Assembly: GCF_000020025.1 (NCBI RefSeq)
Contig: NC_010628.1
Coordinates: 270,001-302,000, forward strand
Direction of reading: 5' to 3'
From: Nostoc punctiforme PCC 73102
Lineage (GTDB): Bacteria > Cyanobacteriota > Cyanobacteriia > Cyanobacteriales > Nostocaceae
DNA length: 32,000 nt
Part shown: piece by piece, positions 7,979 to 16,881 of the stretch
How the letters are laid out: each line of letters starts with the position of its first letter
Numbering within the stretch: the stretch's first letter is position 1
Position numbers and translations under genes: made by a program
Notes under the pieces: model-generated
What the model was told of the DNA's origin: nothing
What the model saw: the letters and a program-made list of their open reading frames with translations, nothing else
Databases searched by the model: none

Positions 7979-10186
7979 ATGATTTCTGCTTTCAACTCGA
8001 CACTCAAAACTAACAAAGCACAACTTCCCCTACAAGTTTGGGCTGGTGTAGAGTGTACGGTTAATCGTGTGGGTGAAGAGTATCTCGATCAGTTAGAACG
8101 CAATGGTCATGCAACGCGCTTGGATGACCTAGATTTATTTGCTGAACTTGGCATACATGCCATCCGCTATCCAATACTTTGGGAGAGGATAGCGCCCAAT
8201 GGTTTGGAGAATGCTGATTGGTCGTGGGCAGATGAAAGACTGGGGCGTTTGCGCGAACTCGGCATCCGTCCGATTGTGGGATTAGTGCATCATGGCAGTG
8301 GCCCGCGTGATACCAGCTTGGTAGATCCAGAATTTCCTGAGAAACTAGCGGTGTTTGCTCGTGCGGTTGCAGAACGCTATCCTTGGGTTACACATTACAC
8401 ACCCATCAACGAGCCACTGACAACAGCCCGATTCAGTGGGATGTACGGTCACTGGTATCCTCACGGACGGGACAATTTAACTTTTGCCCGTGCTTTGTTA
8501 GTAGAGTGTAAAGCGATCGCTCTTTCGATGCAAGCAATCCGGGAAGTCAATCCCAATGCCCAACTCTTACAAACTGAAGATTTGGGTAAAACTCATAGTA
8601 CCCCAAAGCTGGCTTATCAAGCAGAATTTGAGAATGAACGTCGCTGGTTGAGTTTGGATTTATTGTGTGGCCGAATCAACCCAACTCATCCAATGTGGGG
8701 TTACTTGCGCGACTGTGGTGTAAGCGAGTCTGAACTTGAAGAATTTTTGCAATATACTTGTCCGCCTGGCATTATCGGCATTAACCATTACCTGACAAGC
8801 GAACGCTTTTTAGATGAAAACCTAGAAAACTATCCAGCTTGGACGCATGGTGGTAATGGTCGGGACAAGTATGCAGATGTAGAGGCAGTGCGAGTTTGTG
8901 CTGAGGGTTTGGCAGGCCCCCGGACATTGCTCAAAGAGACATGGGAACGTTATAAACTACCCTTTGCTGTCACTGAAGTTCACCTGAGTTGCACCCGTGA
9001 AGAGCAGCTACGCTGGCTCAATGAAGTGTGGAATGCAGCCCAAGAATTACGAGACCAGGGCGCAGATGTTCGCGCTGTAACTGTTTGGGCACTTCTCGGC
9101 AGCTACGATTGGAATAGTTTAGTGACTCGCTCGGCAGGATACTACGAGTCAGGCGTGTTCGATTTGCGCTCATCGCGTCCCAGACAGACAGCGATCGCTA
9201 AAATGGTGCGAGATTTAACCACTGGACATAAACCCAATCATCCATTACTTGATACACCAGGATGGTGGCATCGAGAAGAGCGCCTATTATATCCAGCCGT
9301 CAGTTGTCGCGTGTCTCCCCCATCTCTCCCGTTTTCCTCCCCTGCTTCCAATCGTCCCCTGGCGATCGTCGGAGCCACAGGAACACTAGGCAATGCTTTT
9401 GCTCGGTTGTGTCAAGTGCGAGGAATTTCATATTGCCTGCTAAGACGGCAAGATATGGACATTGCCAATCCTGCTTCCGTCAATAAAGCACTTGCTGAGT
9501 TGCAACCGTGGGCAGTTGTTAACGCTGCGGGATACGTGCGGGTGGACGATGCCGAACGTGAACCTGATATTTGTTTGAAAGTAAACGCTGAAGGGGCAGC
9601 GATTTTAGCTGCTGCTTGCGCTCAACATAATGTGGCGCTGGTAACTTTCTCTTCAGATTTGGTATTCGATGGTGCTGAGTCGAATCCTTATGTCGAAACT
9701 GATACCGTTGCGCCCCTCAATATATATGGGTGCAGCAAAGTTTTGGCAGAAAAGCTAGTATTGCAGGCTCATCCGGCATCACTAATGATTCGTACCAGCG
9801 CATTTTTCGGTCCGTGGGATGAATACAACTTTGTGACGATCGCCCTACGGCAATTAGCTGCTGGTAATACTTTTGTTGCAGCCGAAGATGCGATCGTTTC
9901 GCCTACTTATGTACCCGATCTTGTCCATGCCAGCCTTGATTTATTGATTGATGGTGAAAAAGGTTTGTGGCATTTGGCTAACAAAAGTGCTGTTGCTTGG
10001 GCTGACTTGGCACGATTAGCGGCGAAAAAAGCAGGTGTAAGTGTCAGCAATCTAATTGCTCGTCCTACACAAGAACTTGGTTTCATTGCTCCCCGCCCAG
10101 CTTACAGCGTTCTTGGTAGCAATCGAGGTGAATTAATGCCACACCTTGACAGTGCAATTTCTCGTTACTTGGAAGAAAAAAGTTAG
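7979..10186 (+). CDS. Two-domain fusion: N-terminal GH1-like (TIM-barrel glycosidase-like) domain plus C-terminal RmlD-like NAD(P)H sugar-nucleotide reductase domain
   Basis: 735-aa ORF. The N-terminal half has NEP (YTPINEPLT) and a second Glu context (FAVTEVHLS), resembling the GH1 acid/base and nucleophile positions. The C-terminal half has the Rossmann motif IVGATGTLG, YxxxK (YGCSK) and overall RmlD substrate-binding-domain character (VVNAAGYVRVDDAE, FSSDLVFDG). Confidence 0.8.
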   Translation: MISAFNSTLKTNKAQLPLQVWAGVECTVNRVGEEYLDQLERNGHATRLDDLDLFAELGIHAIRYPILWERIAPNGLENADWSWADERLGRLRELGIRPIVGLVHHGSGPRDTSLVDPEFPEKLAVFARAVAERYPWVTHYTPINEPLTTARFSGMYGHWYPHGRDNLTFARALLVECKAIALSMQAIREVNPNAQLLQTEDLGKTHSTPKLAYQAEFENERRWLSLDLLCGRINPTHPMWGYLRDCGVSESELEEFLQYTCPPGIIGINHYLTSERFLDENLENYPAWTHGGNGRDKYADVEAVRVCAEGLAGPRTLLKETWERYKLPFAVTEVHLSCTREEQLRWLNEVWNAAQELRDQGADVRAVTVWALLGSYDWNSLVTRSAGYYESGVFDLRSSRPRQTAIAKMVRDLTTGHKPNHPLLDTPGWWHREERLLYPAVSCRVSPPSLPFSSPASNRPLAIVGATGTLGNAFARLCQVRGISYCLLRRQDMDIANPASVNKALAELQPWAVVNAAGYVRVDDAEREPDICLKVNAEGAAILAAACAQHNVALVTFSSDLVFDGAESNPYVETDTVAPLNIYGCSKVLAEKLVLQAHPASLMIRTSAFFGPWDEYNFVTIALRQLAAGNTFVAAEDAIVSPTYVPDLVHASLDLLIDGEKGLWHLANKSAVAWADLARLAAKKAGVSVSNLIARPTQELGFIAPRPAYSVLGSNRGELMPHLDSAISRYLEEKS

Positions 10187-10236
10187 TAGTCTGGCTGGCA
10201 ATCTAATTTTAAGGGGAGCAGAGGAGTAAATCTATA

Positions 10237-10288
10237 CCCCATTCCCCATACTTCGACTGCGCTCAGTACAAGTTCCCCATTCCCCATC
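10237..10288. repeat. Heptamer (CCCCATT) doublets flanking a common Nostoc repeat core
   Basis: ccccattcccca at 10237-10248 and 10275-10286 flanks tacttcgactgcgctcagtacaagtt. Confidence 0.5.
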
Positions 10289-10295
10289 TCAAATT

Positions 10296-11282
10296 ATGTC
10301 AACTATTTTAGTCACAGGAGGAGCCGGATATATTGGCTCCCATGCTGCATTAGCTCTGAAAAACGCAGGTTATGAAGTAATCGTTTTGGATAATCTGTCG
10401 AACGGACATCGAGAACTTGTAGAAGAAGTTTTACAGGTAAAATTGATTGTTGGAGATATGAGCGATCGCTCTCTTCTCGATGACATATTTTCAACTCACA
10501 ACATAACTGCGGTTATGCATTTCGCTGCTTACATCGCAGTGGGTGAATCTGTTACCGACCCAGCCAAATATTACCAAAATAATGTTGCAGGCACTCTGAC
10601 ACTTTTAGAAGCAATGCTTGCTGCGTCAGTTAACAAATTTATTTTTTCTTCTACTTGCGCTCTTTATGGTGTACCAAAGTTCGTTCCCCTTACCGAAGAA
10701 CATCCGCAAGATCCCATTAGTCCCTACGCTATTAGCAAGTGGATGGTAGAAAGAATTTTATCTGATTTTGATACAGCCTATAATTTAAAGTCTGTACGTT
10801 TCCGTTACTTTAACGCCGCAGGTGCTGACCCTAATAGGTTGTTGGGTGAAGACCACGAACCTGAAACTCATCTCATACCGTTAGTACTACTAACTGCTTT
10901 TGGGAAGCGTGAATCTATTTTGATTTTCGGTACAGATTACCCTACCCCAGACGGAACTTGTATCCGCGATTATATTCATGTGACTGACTTGGCACAAGCC
11001 CATATTTTAGGTTTAGAATATCTACTCAAAGGTGGAGAAAGCGAAGTATTTAATCTAGGAAATGGCAGTGGTTTTTCAGTCAGAGAAGTAATAGAAACTG
11101 CTAAAGAGATAACAGGCAAAGAAATTAAAATAGAAGAACGCGATCGCAGACCAGGTGACCCTCCTATTTTAGTTGGCAGCAGCGACAAAGCAACTAAAAT
11201 CTTGGGTTGGCATCCAGAGTATCCTAATTTAAACGAAATTATTGCCCATGCTTGGAAATGGCATCAACAACGACATAAGTAA
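10296..11282 (+). CDS. galE: UDP-glucose 4-epimerase
   Basis: 328 aa. Motifs ILVTGGAGYIGSH, SSTCALYG, YAISKWMVE (YxxxK), RYFNAAGA and IRDYIHVTDLA. Confidence 0.9.
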   Translation: MSTILVTGGAGYIGSHAALALKNAGYEVIVLDNLSNGHRELVEEVLQVKLIVGDMSDRSLLDDIFSTHNITAVMHFAAYIAVGESVTDPAKYYQNNVAGTLTLLEAMLAASVNKFIFSSTCALYGVPKFVPLTEEHPQDPISPYAISKWMVERILSDFDTAYNLKSVRFRYFNAAGADPNRLLGEDHEPETHLIPLVLLTAFGKRESILIFGTDYPTPDGTCIRDYIHVTDLAQAHILGLEYLLKGGESEVFNLGNGSGFSVREVIETAKEITGKEIKIEERDRRPGDPPILVGSSDKATKILGWHPEYPNLNEIIAHAWKWHQQRHK

Positions 11283-11390
11283 AGACATTTTAAAACATCC
11301 TGTAAGGCTTAGAAATTCATTCTTTAGGTATTTGTAAGCCAATGGTAGAACTTGTTAAATTAAAGAATGGTTTAAAACAAGTATCAGTTA

Positions 11391-12347
11391 ATGAGCGTAA
11401 TCGAGTTTCAAAATTTACCTAATGCACAGCAGTGCCAAAAAAGTACAGTGCCCTCTTTAGGGCTAGTTTGCATCACCTCTGATAAACAAGTGCGCTTTCG
11501 GACAATGACGCGCACCCGATACTTAAAACTTTCTCTTAGCGATCGCGAAAGTGCCCTGAGTGAACTGTATCGCCATAACTTACAGCGCTTACATGATGCC
11601 CTCTCCTTTTGTCAGCAGAATAAAATTCAGCTTTATCGGATGTCTTCTAATTTATTTCCCCTAAGTGACTTAGAAGACGAAATTGGCGCAAATATATTAG
11701 AAGCAATGAGCGCTGATTTAGCAACAATCGGTCAACGAGCAAATGCATTGAACATCAGAATGGTGTTGCATCCAGATCAATATGTAGTGCTAAGTTCTGA
11801 TTCCCCCGAAGTGGTACAGGCAAGTATCACTAATCTAGCAGGACATGCACGTATACTTGACTTACTGGGATTACCGCGATCGCCTTGGTCATTGATGAAT
11901 ATTCATGGTGGCAAATCTCAACGGGCTGAACAACTAGTAAAAATAATTTCCGAACTACCAGAAAACATCAAAAGTCGCTTGACTCTAGAAAATGATGAAT
12001 ACGCCTATAGTGCCGATGAGATTTTAGCAGTATGTCAGCAAGCTGGTGTGCCGATGGTATTTGATGCCCATCATCATATTTGCCACGAAAATTTGGATAG
12101 CTACGATCATCCGAGTGTAGCATCAATGTTTTACGCAGCGCGAGAAACTTGGAAAAATCCAGATTGGCAATTAGTCCATATTTCCAATGGTGAGCAAGCT
12201 TTCAATGACAGAAAACACAGCGACTTGATTACCGATATGCCTAATGTTTACCACCAAGCACCGTGGATTGAAGTCGAAGCCAAACGAAAAGAAGAAGCGA
12301 TCGCACTTTTGCGTTCTTGGTGGCTGATGAACAATAATTGTACGTAA
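11391..12347 (+). CDS. uvsE: UV damage endonuclease (UvdE/UvsE)
   Basis: 318 aa. Motifs LGLVCIT, YRMSSNLFP, LHPDQYVVLSS, LENDE and FDAHHH, typical of the UVDE TIM-barrel nuclease. Confidence 0.85.
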   Translation: MSVIEFQNLPNAQQCQKSTVPSLGLVCITSDKQVRFRTMTRTRYLKLSLSDRESALSELYRHNLQRLHDALSFCQQNKIQLYRMSSNLFPLSDLEDEIGANILEAMSADLATIGQRANALNIRMVLHPDQYVVLSSDSPEVVQASITNLAGHARILDLLGLPRSPWSLMNIHGGKSQRAEQLVKIISELPENIKSRLTLENDEYAYSADEILAVCQQAGVPMVFDAHHHICHENLDSYDHPSVASMFYAARETWKNPDWQLVHISNGEQAFNDRKHSDLITDMPNVYHQAPWIEVEAKRKEEAIALLRSWWLMNNNCT

Positions 12348-12604
12348 CTTAGAGACTTCTAGTTTATGTTCTCTGCACCTCTGCTATTGTGTCTGCGTTA
12401 ACCATAGTGAAACTTACACGTTTACAGTCTCATTTATGGTTAATACTCACTTAATTGGTCTATAAACCATTTTATAGAAGCTTGATTTTAAGGCAATTAT
12501 CTATAGCTAAGTTGCTTATTTCTCTTGGTAGATTAAATCAAAATTAAAAAAGAACAAAATAACAATATACATAGCTGAAAACTAAACTTTAAATTGTTAG
12601 TTTT

Positions 12605-14293
12605 ATGCAAAAAATTTATGGCAATGTTCAAGGTATCAAAGCTAGTCAGATCAAACGACTGCAACAGCTTTATGAGCAAAATCAACCAGCAGATAGATTT
12701 ATTACGCCAGAATTTGCTCAAGCCTTAGCTACAATCAGTCAACAAATTCATCACCCAATTTGTTGTTATCTCAATCGGCGTGGACAAGTTATCCGAATTG
12801 CTGTAGGAACACCCATTCAAACTCAAATTCCACCTGAAGAATTACCCCGCCGCAGTGCAGAACGTTTGAGCGGAATCCGTTGTATTGCTACTCAAGTTAA
12901 ATCAGAACCACCTGATGAAGCTGCTTTGATTGCAATGATGCGTCAGCGCTTAGATGCTCTTGTCATGTTAACCGCAATTGATGGCAAAGTAAAAGAAGCT
13001 TTTCTAAGTTATCTTTTTCCTGATTCAGAAAGTCCTTGGGTAATTTCACCTCCTCTAAGTTTGGACGATCTAACCGAACAGGAATTTGATGAACTAGTTC
13101 ACGAATGGGAAAGAGAAATTGTTGACGCAGGGGATGGAATATTCCTATCTCAAGAAATTGTCTCTGACCAAGATAGGGTGCTGCTGGTAGGAGTGCAGAC
13201 AGAAGATATCTCAGTTCAACGATTTGAAGATGGACTTGCAGAACTTGTGCGTTTGGTTGAAAGTGCTGGAGGAATTGTACTCGATACAATGCGGCAAAAG
13301 CGCGATCGCCCACATCCTCAAACAGTAGTCGGTAAGGGAAAAATTGAAGAAATCACCCTTTTGGCTCAAAAACAAAGAGCTAATCTAATCGTTTTTGACC
13401 GAGATATTTCTGCATCTCAAGCCCGTAATTTAGAACAGGAAATAGGCATCCGAGTTGTAGACCGCACAGAAGTAATTTTGGATATTTTCGCTCAACGCGC
13501 TCGCACTCAAGAGGGTAAATTACAAGTAGAACTGGCGCAACTCGAATATATGTTACCTCGGTTACGTGGTCGCGGTCAGGAGATGTCTCGATTAGGTGCG
13601 GGGATTGGTACGCGAGGTCCTGGTGAAACAAAACTAGAGACCGAACGGCGAACAATTCAACGACGAATCAATCAGTTACAGCAGGAAGTAAACGATTTAC
13701 AAGCACATCGCGCCCGGATTAGACAACAACGACAACAGCAAGAAATTCCAGTTTTAGCATTAGTTGGTTATACCAATGCTGGTAAATCTACTTTGCTGAA
13801 TGTGTTAACCAATGCGGAGGTTTTCACAGCAGACCAACTATTTGCTACCCTCGACCCAACAACCCGCAAGGTGGTAATTACAGAACCCGAAACACAAGAA
13901 CGTCGCTCGATTTTGCTTACAGATACTGTAGGGTTTATTCACGAACTCCCGCCACCACTGATGGATGCGTTTCGCGCCACATTGGAGGAAGTAGTTGAGG
14001 CAGATGCGATGATTCATGTTGTGGATTTATCCCATCCAGCTTGGGAAAGCCATATTACAAGTGTGCTGGAAATACTTGAAGAAATGCCTGAGATTCCAGA
14101 AAAAAGTTTGATTGCTTTTAACAAGGTTGACAAAGTAGATAGCGAAACCTTGGACAGAGTTCAACAAGATTATCCCGAAGCTGTTTTTATATCAGCAACT
14201 CAGCGCTTGGGTTTAGAGACTTTAAAAATGCGATCGCTGCAACTAATTGACGAACCTGTTAAAGCGATTGCAGTCCCACAAAATTCATACTAA
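12605..14293 (+). CDS. hflX: GTPase HflX
   Basis: 562 aa. HflX N-domain signature GTRGPGETKLETERR, G1 GYTNAGKST, G3 DTVGF and G4 NKVD. Confidence 0.9.
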   Translation: MQKIYGNVQGIKASQIKRLQQLYEQNQPADRFITPEFAQALATISQQIHHPICCYLNRRGQVIRIAVGTPIQTQIPPEELPRRSAERLSGIRCIATQVKSEPPDEAALIAMMRQRLDALVMLTAIDGKVKEAFLSYLFPDSESPWVISPPLSLDDLTEQEFDELVHEWEREIVDAGDGIFLSQEIVSDQDRVLLVGVQTEDISVQRFEDGLAELVRLVESAGGIVLDTMRQKRDRPHPQTVVGKGKIEEITLLAQKQRANLIVFDRDISASQARNLEQEIGIRVVDRTEVILDIFAQRARTQEGKLQVELAQLEYMLPRLRGRGQEMSRLGAGIGTRGPGETKLETERRTIQRRINQLQQEVNDLQAHRARIRQQRQQQEIPVLALVGYTNAGKSTLLNVLTNAEVFTADQLFATLDPTTRKVVITEPETQERRSILLTDTVGFIHELPPPLMDAFRATLEEVVEADAMIHVVDLSHPAWESHITSVLEILEEMPEIPEKSLIAFNKVDKVDSETLDRVQQDYPEAVFISATQRLGLETLKMRSLQLIDEPVKAIAVPQNSY

Positions 14294-14307
14294 CAAGAAG
14301 GAAATAT

Positions 14308-15180
14308 ATGATACCGACCATCATTGTTCACGGTGGAGCAAAAACCATCACAGACGACAAAGTTACAGCCAATAATGCAGGCTGTACAGCAGCAGCAGAA
14401 GCTGGTTGGGCAGTGCTAATTAGCGGAGGTACTGCCGCAGAAGCTGTGGAAGCAGCTACCCGTGTTTTGGAAGCTGACCCGACATTTAACGCTGGTCTTG
14501 GTGCAACTCTTAACAGCGACGGAGAGGTGGAGTTAGACGCGGCGATCATGGAAGGCTCTTTAAGTTGGGGAGCGATCGCAGCAGTTCAGGGTGTACGTCA
14601 TCCAATCTCGGTTGCCCGAAAAATTATGGATGATAAACCCAGATTACTAGTAGCGCGGGGTGGAGAACGCTTTGCCATAGATTGTGGTGCCGAAATGTGT
14701 AAAAAAGAAGACCTAATAGCTGAGGAGCAATGGCAGCAGTGGAAAGAAGATCGAGAAGTAATCGATCGCCCTAACACCATAGGTTGTGTTGCTTTGGATG
14801 CTAGCGGTGTTTTAGCTGCTGGTACTTCAACTGGCGGGACTACAAAGCAGCAACAAGGTCGCGTCGGTGACACTGCGCTTGTTGGCTGTGGCTTATATGC
14901 TGATAATAAATTCGGCGCTTGTTCAACAACAGGTGATGGCGAGTCGATTATCCCGGTGGTTTTAGCTAAAACTGCGATCGATTTTTTGAGTGGAGACCGG
15001 CATCCAGATGAAGCCGCACAGATGGCAATTGACGCTTTGGTTTCTAAGGTTAAAGGTGAAGCTGGGTGCATCCTCATAGACCGTCAAGGACGTGTTGGCT
15101 GGGCGTATAACTCATCACACATGGCTTGTGCTTATATGACCGCAGGACAAGACAAGGTGGCTGCCTTTACCAAGAAATAA
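14308..15180 (+). CDS. Isoaspartyl peptidase/L-asparaginase (plant-type Ntn hydrolase)
   Basis: 290 aa, starting 14 nt after the hflX stop. Motifs IIVHGGA, Thr-nucleophile context NTIGCVALD, GTSTGG and GRVGD. Confidence 0.85.
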   Translation: MIPTIIVHGGAKTITDDKVTANNAGCTAAAEAGWAVLISGGTAAEAVEAATRVLEADPTFNAGLGATLNSDGEVELDAAIMEGSLSWGAIAAVQGVRHPISVARKIMDDKPRLLVARGGERFAIDCGAEMCKKEDLIAEEQWQQWKEDREVIDRPNTIGCVALDASGVLAAGTSTGGTTKQQQGRVGDTALVGCGLYADNKFGACSTTGDGESIIPVVLAKTAIDFLSGDRHPDEAAQMAIDALVSKVKGEAGCILIDRQGRVGWAYNSSHMACAYMTAGQDKVAAFTKK

Positions 15181-15188
15181 CTCATATC

Positions 15189-15235
15189 AATTCGTAATGG
15201 ATTATGCCCCGCTACGCTAAGGAAATACGTAATTA
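15189..15235. repeat. Short copy of the aattcgtaat/gccccgctacgctaa dispersed repeat
   Basis: caattcgtaatgg...atgccccgctacgctaagg...acgtaatta begins 9 nt after the stop of the preceding gene. It is related to 7513-7582. Confidence 0.6.
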
Positions 15236-15632
15236 ATGAAACCAAATTAAATCTGAGCTTTCAAGTCTGAATATATAGCTCAATACGCTTGGGTTAAGAA
15301 GAATAGTAGGTTGGGTTGAGCAACAACGAAACCCAACAAAGCTTTGATAATGCACTTGCTACCCTACGGGGAAGCAACCTACGCCAATTTTAGTTTTCAG
15401 CCTTAACGAACCGTATCGCTAGATGGCAAAGACTTAATCATTCTGTCGGCTTTAGAGAAGGCTAAATACGGAAAAATATACACCGAAATTAATGCGATCG
15501 TTACTGCTGAAACTATCCAAAAAATTAAATCATATACTTAATTTTTATAGATGTAAATTCTCTACCAAAAACTATAAACAATAACATATATAATTTGTTT
15601 CTATTTAAATGTATTTAATAAGGATAACAAAC

Positions 15633-15845
15633 ATGAAATTTCAAATTGAGTGTAATACAGACAAAATTAACAAAATATGTTTAATTTGTCAGCAAAACTT
15701 TCAGACACATGAAGCCAGATTAATTGTATGCAATGACCAAGGCGAAGGCTATGGAGATATTTGCTATGAATGTAGAGCTAATGGCGGTAGTTGGGTTCAA
15801 TCTCAACTCCAAAAATTTAGCCATAAACTACTAGCTTTCAAATGA
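15633..15845 (+). CDS. Small Cys-rich protein with two CxxC pairs (zinc-ribbon-like), 70 aa
   Basis: The ATG at 15633 is preceded by AAGGA. CLIC and CYEC pairs lie 24 residues apart. No family recognised. Confidence 0.4.
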   Translation: MKFQIECNTDKINKICLICQQNFQTHEARLIVCNDQGEGYGDICYECRANGGSWVQSQLQKFSHKLLAFK

Positions 15846-15901
15846 TTTTAATGAGATTAAAATTGGAAGGAAGTGATAGTGAATAATTCCAGGATTATAG
15901 G

Positions 15902-15943
15902 AAGCGGTTTTAGCCTTTAAAATAGGGTTAGAGCCGCTTTTTA
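15902..15943 (+). terminator. Imperfect hairpin plus T-tract, terminator candidate
   Basis: aagcgg (15902-15907) pairs with ccgctt (15934-15939), with further imperfect pairing inside, followed by tttt. Confidence 0.35.
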
Positions 15944-16132
15944 AGAGTAAGTTTAATTAAGTTTATATTGCATAACTAACATAGCTTGATTTATAGTTAG
16001 CTATTTATTTAATAGATTAAATTGTGGCTAATTCAATTACATTATTTTTTTGTGATGAAGTTTTAATATAGCAAATTATTATTTAAACTACGACTTAAGT
16101 TTTCAGAAGAATAATCTAAGTTAGATAACTGA

Positions 16133-16861
16133 ATGAATAAACTAAAAATTGGTACTAGTGGTTGGGTTTATAAACATTGGATGGATATTTTCTATCCACC
16201 AAATTTACCTAGCGACCAGCAACTATCATTTTACGCCCAACATTTTGCTACTGTAGAAATTAACTTTTCCTTTTATCGTTTGCCAGAACGGTCTGTCTTT
16301 GAGACTTGGCACAAGCAAACACCCTCTAACTTTCTCTTTGCTGTTAAAGGTAGCCGCTATCTCACCCACATGAAGAAGTTAAAAGACCCGATAGAGCCAC
16401 TATCTCGCATAATGGAACGCGCATCTGGACTGCAAGAAAAGCTCGGCCCTATTTTATTTCAATTTCCTCATACTTGGCATATTAATATTGAACGTCTTCA
16501 GCCCTTTTTAGAATTGCTGCAAACCTATCCAAAACAAAAATTTACAGTTGAATTTCGTCATTCAAGCTGGCTGATTCCACAAGTTTATCAACTACTAGAA
16601 ACTGCGGGTGTAGGCCTTTGTCTACCTGTCAGCCCAACAGTTCCCCTTGATATCTGTTTGACTGCCCCTTGGACTTATATCCGTATGCACAGTGGGCAAT
16701 GGAATGTAGGTTATACCGATGAAGAGCTATCTACATGGGTTGAACGTATCCGTTCATTTCTAATGCAGGAAATTGACGTTTACGTGTATTTCAACAACGA
16801 CCCCGATGGAAACGCTATTCGTGATGCTCAACGACTCTATTGTTTGCTGGGATCTTGTTGA
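16133..16861 (+). CDS. DUF72 (YecE/UPF0759) family protein
   Basis: 242 aa. The N-terminal IGTSGWVYKHW and the motifs FYRLP, FLFAVKGSRYLTH, ILFQFP and VYVYFNND are typical of DUF72. Confidence 0.85.
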   Translation: MNKLKIGTSGWVYKHWMDIFYPPNLPSDQQLSFYAQHFATVEINFSFYRLPERSVFETWHKQTPSNFLFAVKGSRYLTHMKKLKDPIEPLSRIMERASGLQEKLGPILFQFPHTWHINIERLQPFLELLQTYPKQKFTVEFRHSSWLIPQVYQLLETAGVGLCLPVSPTVPLDICLTAPWTYIRMHSGQWNVGYTDEELSTWVERIRSFLMQEIDVYVYFNNDPDGNAIRDAQRLYCLLGSC

Positions 16862-16881
16862 AATACATAATTGAAAACTTA

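Noticed and set aside
12397-12443. 9-bp inverted repeat ttaaccata/tatggttaa with a 28-nt loop between uvsE and hflX.
   Set aside because: The loop is too long for a standard terminator, there is no U-tract, and a single short stem in AT-rich DNA is not compelling.
14598-15077. 159-aa antisense ORF inside the asparaginase gene. Similar nested or antisense ORFs are 14328..14549, 12963..13313, 13380..13655, 21814..22167, 6151..6402, 6305..6661, 5290..5523, 5675..5908, 27450..27701, 27765..27974 and 17168..17414.
   Set aside because: All lie wholly inside strongly supported genes on the opposite strand or in another frame. Their products are low-complexity (Ala/Ser/Pro/Arg-rich) and carry no recognisable motifs. 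They are typical shadow ORFs.
15407-15541. 44-codon open frame ending ..DGKDLIILSALEKAKYGKIYTEINAIVTAETIQKIKSYT that reads like a protein C-terminus.
   Set aside because: It has no start codon, being bounded upstream by TAA with no ATG, GTG or TTG near. I recognise no family. It could be a gene remnant, but that cannot be supported from sequence alone.
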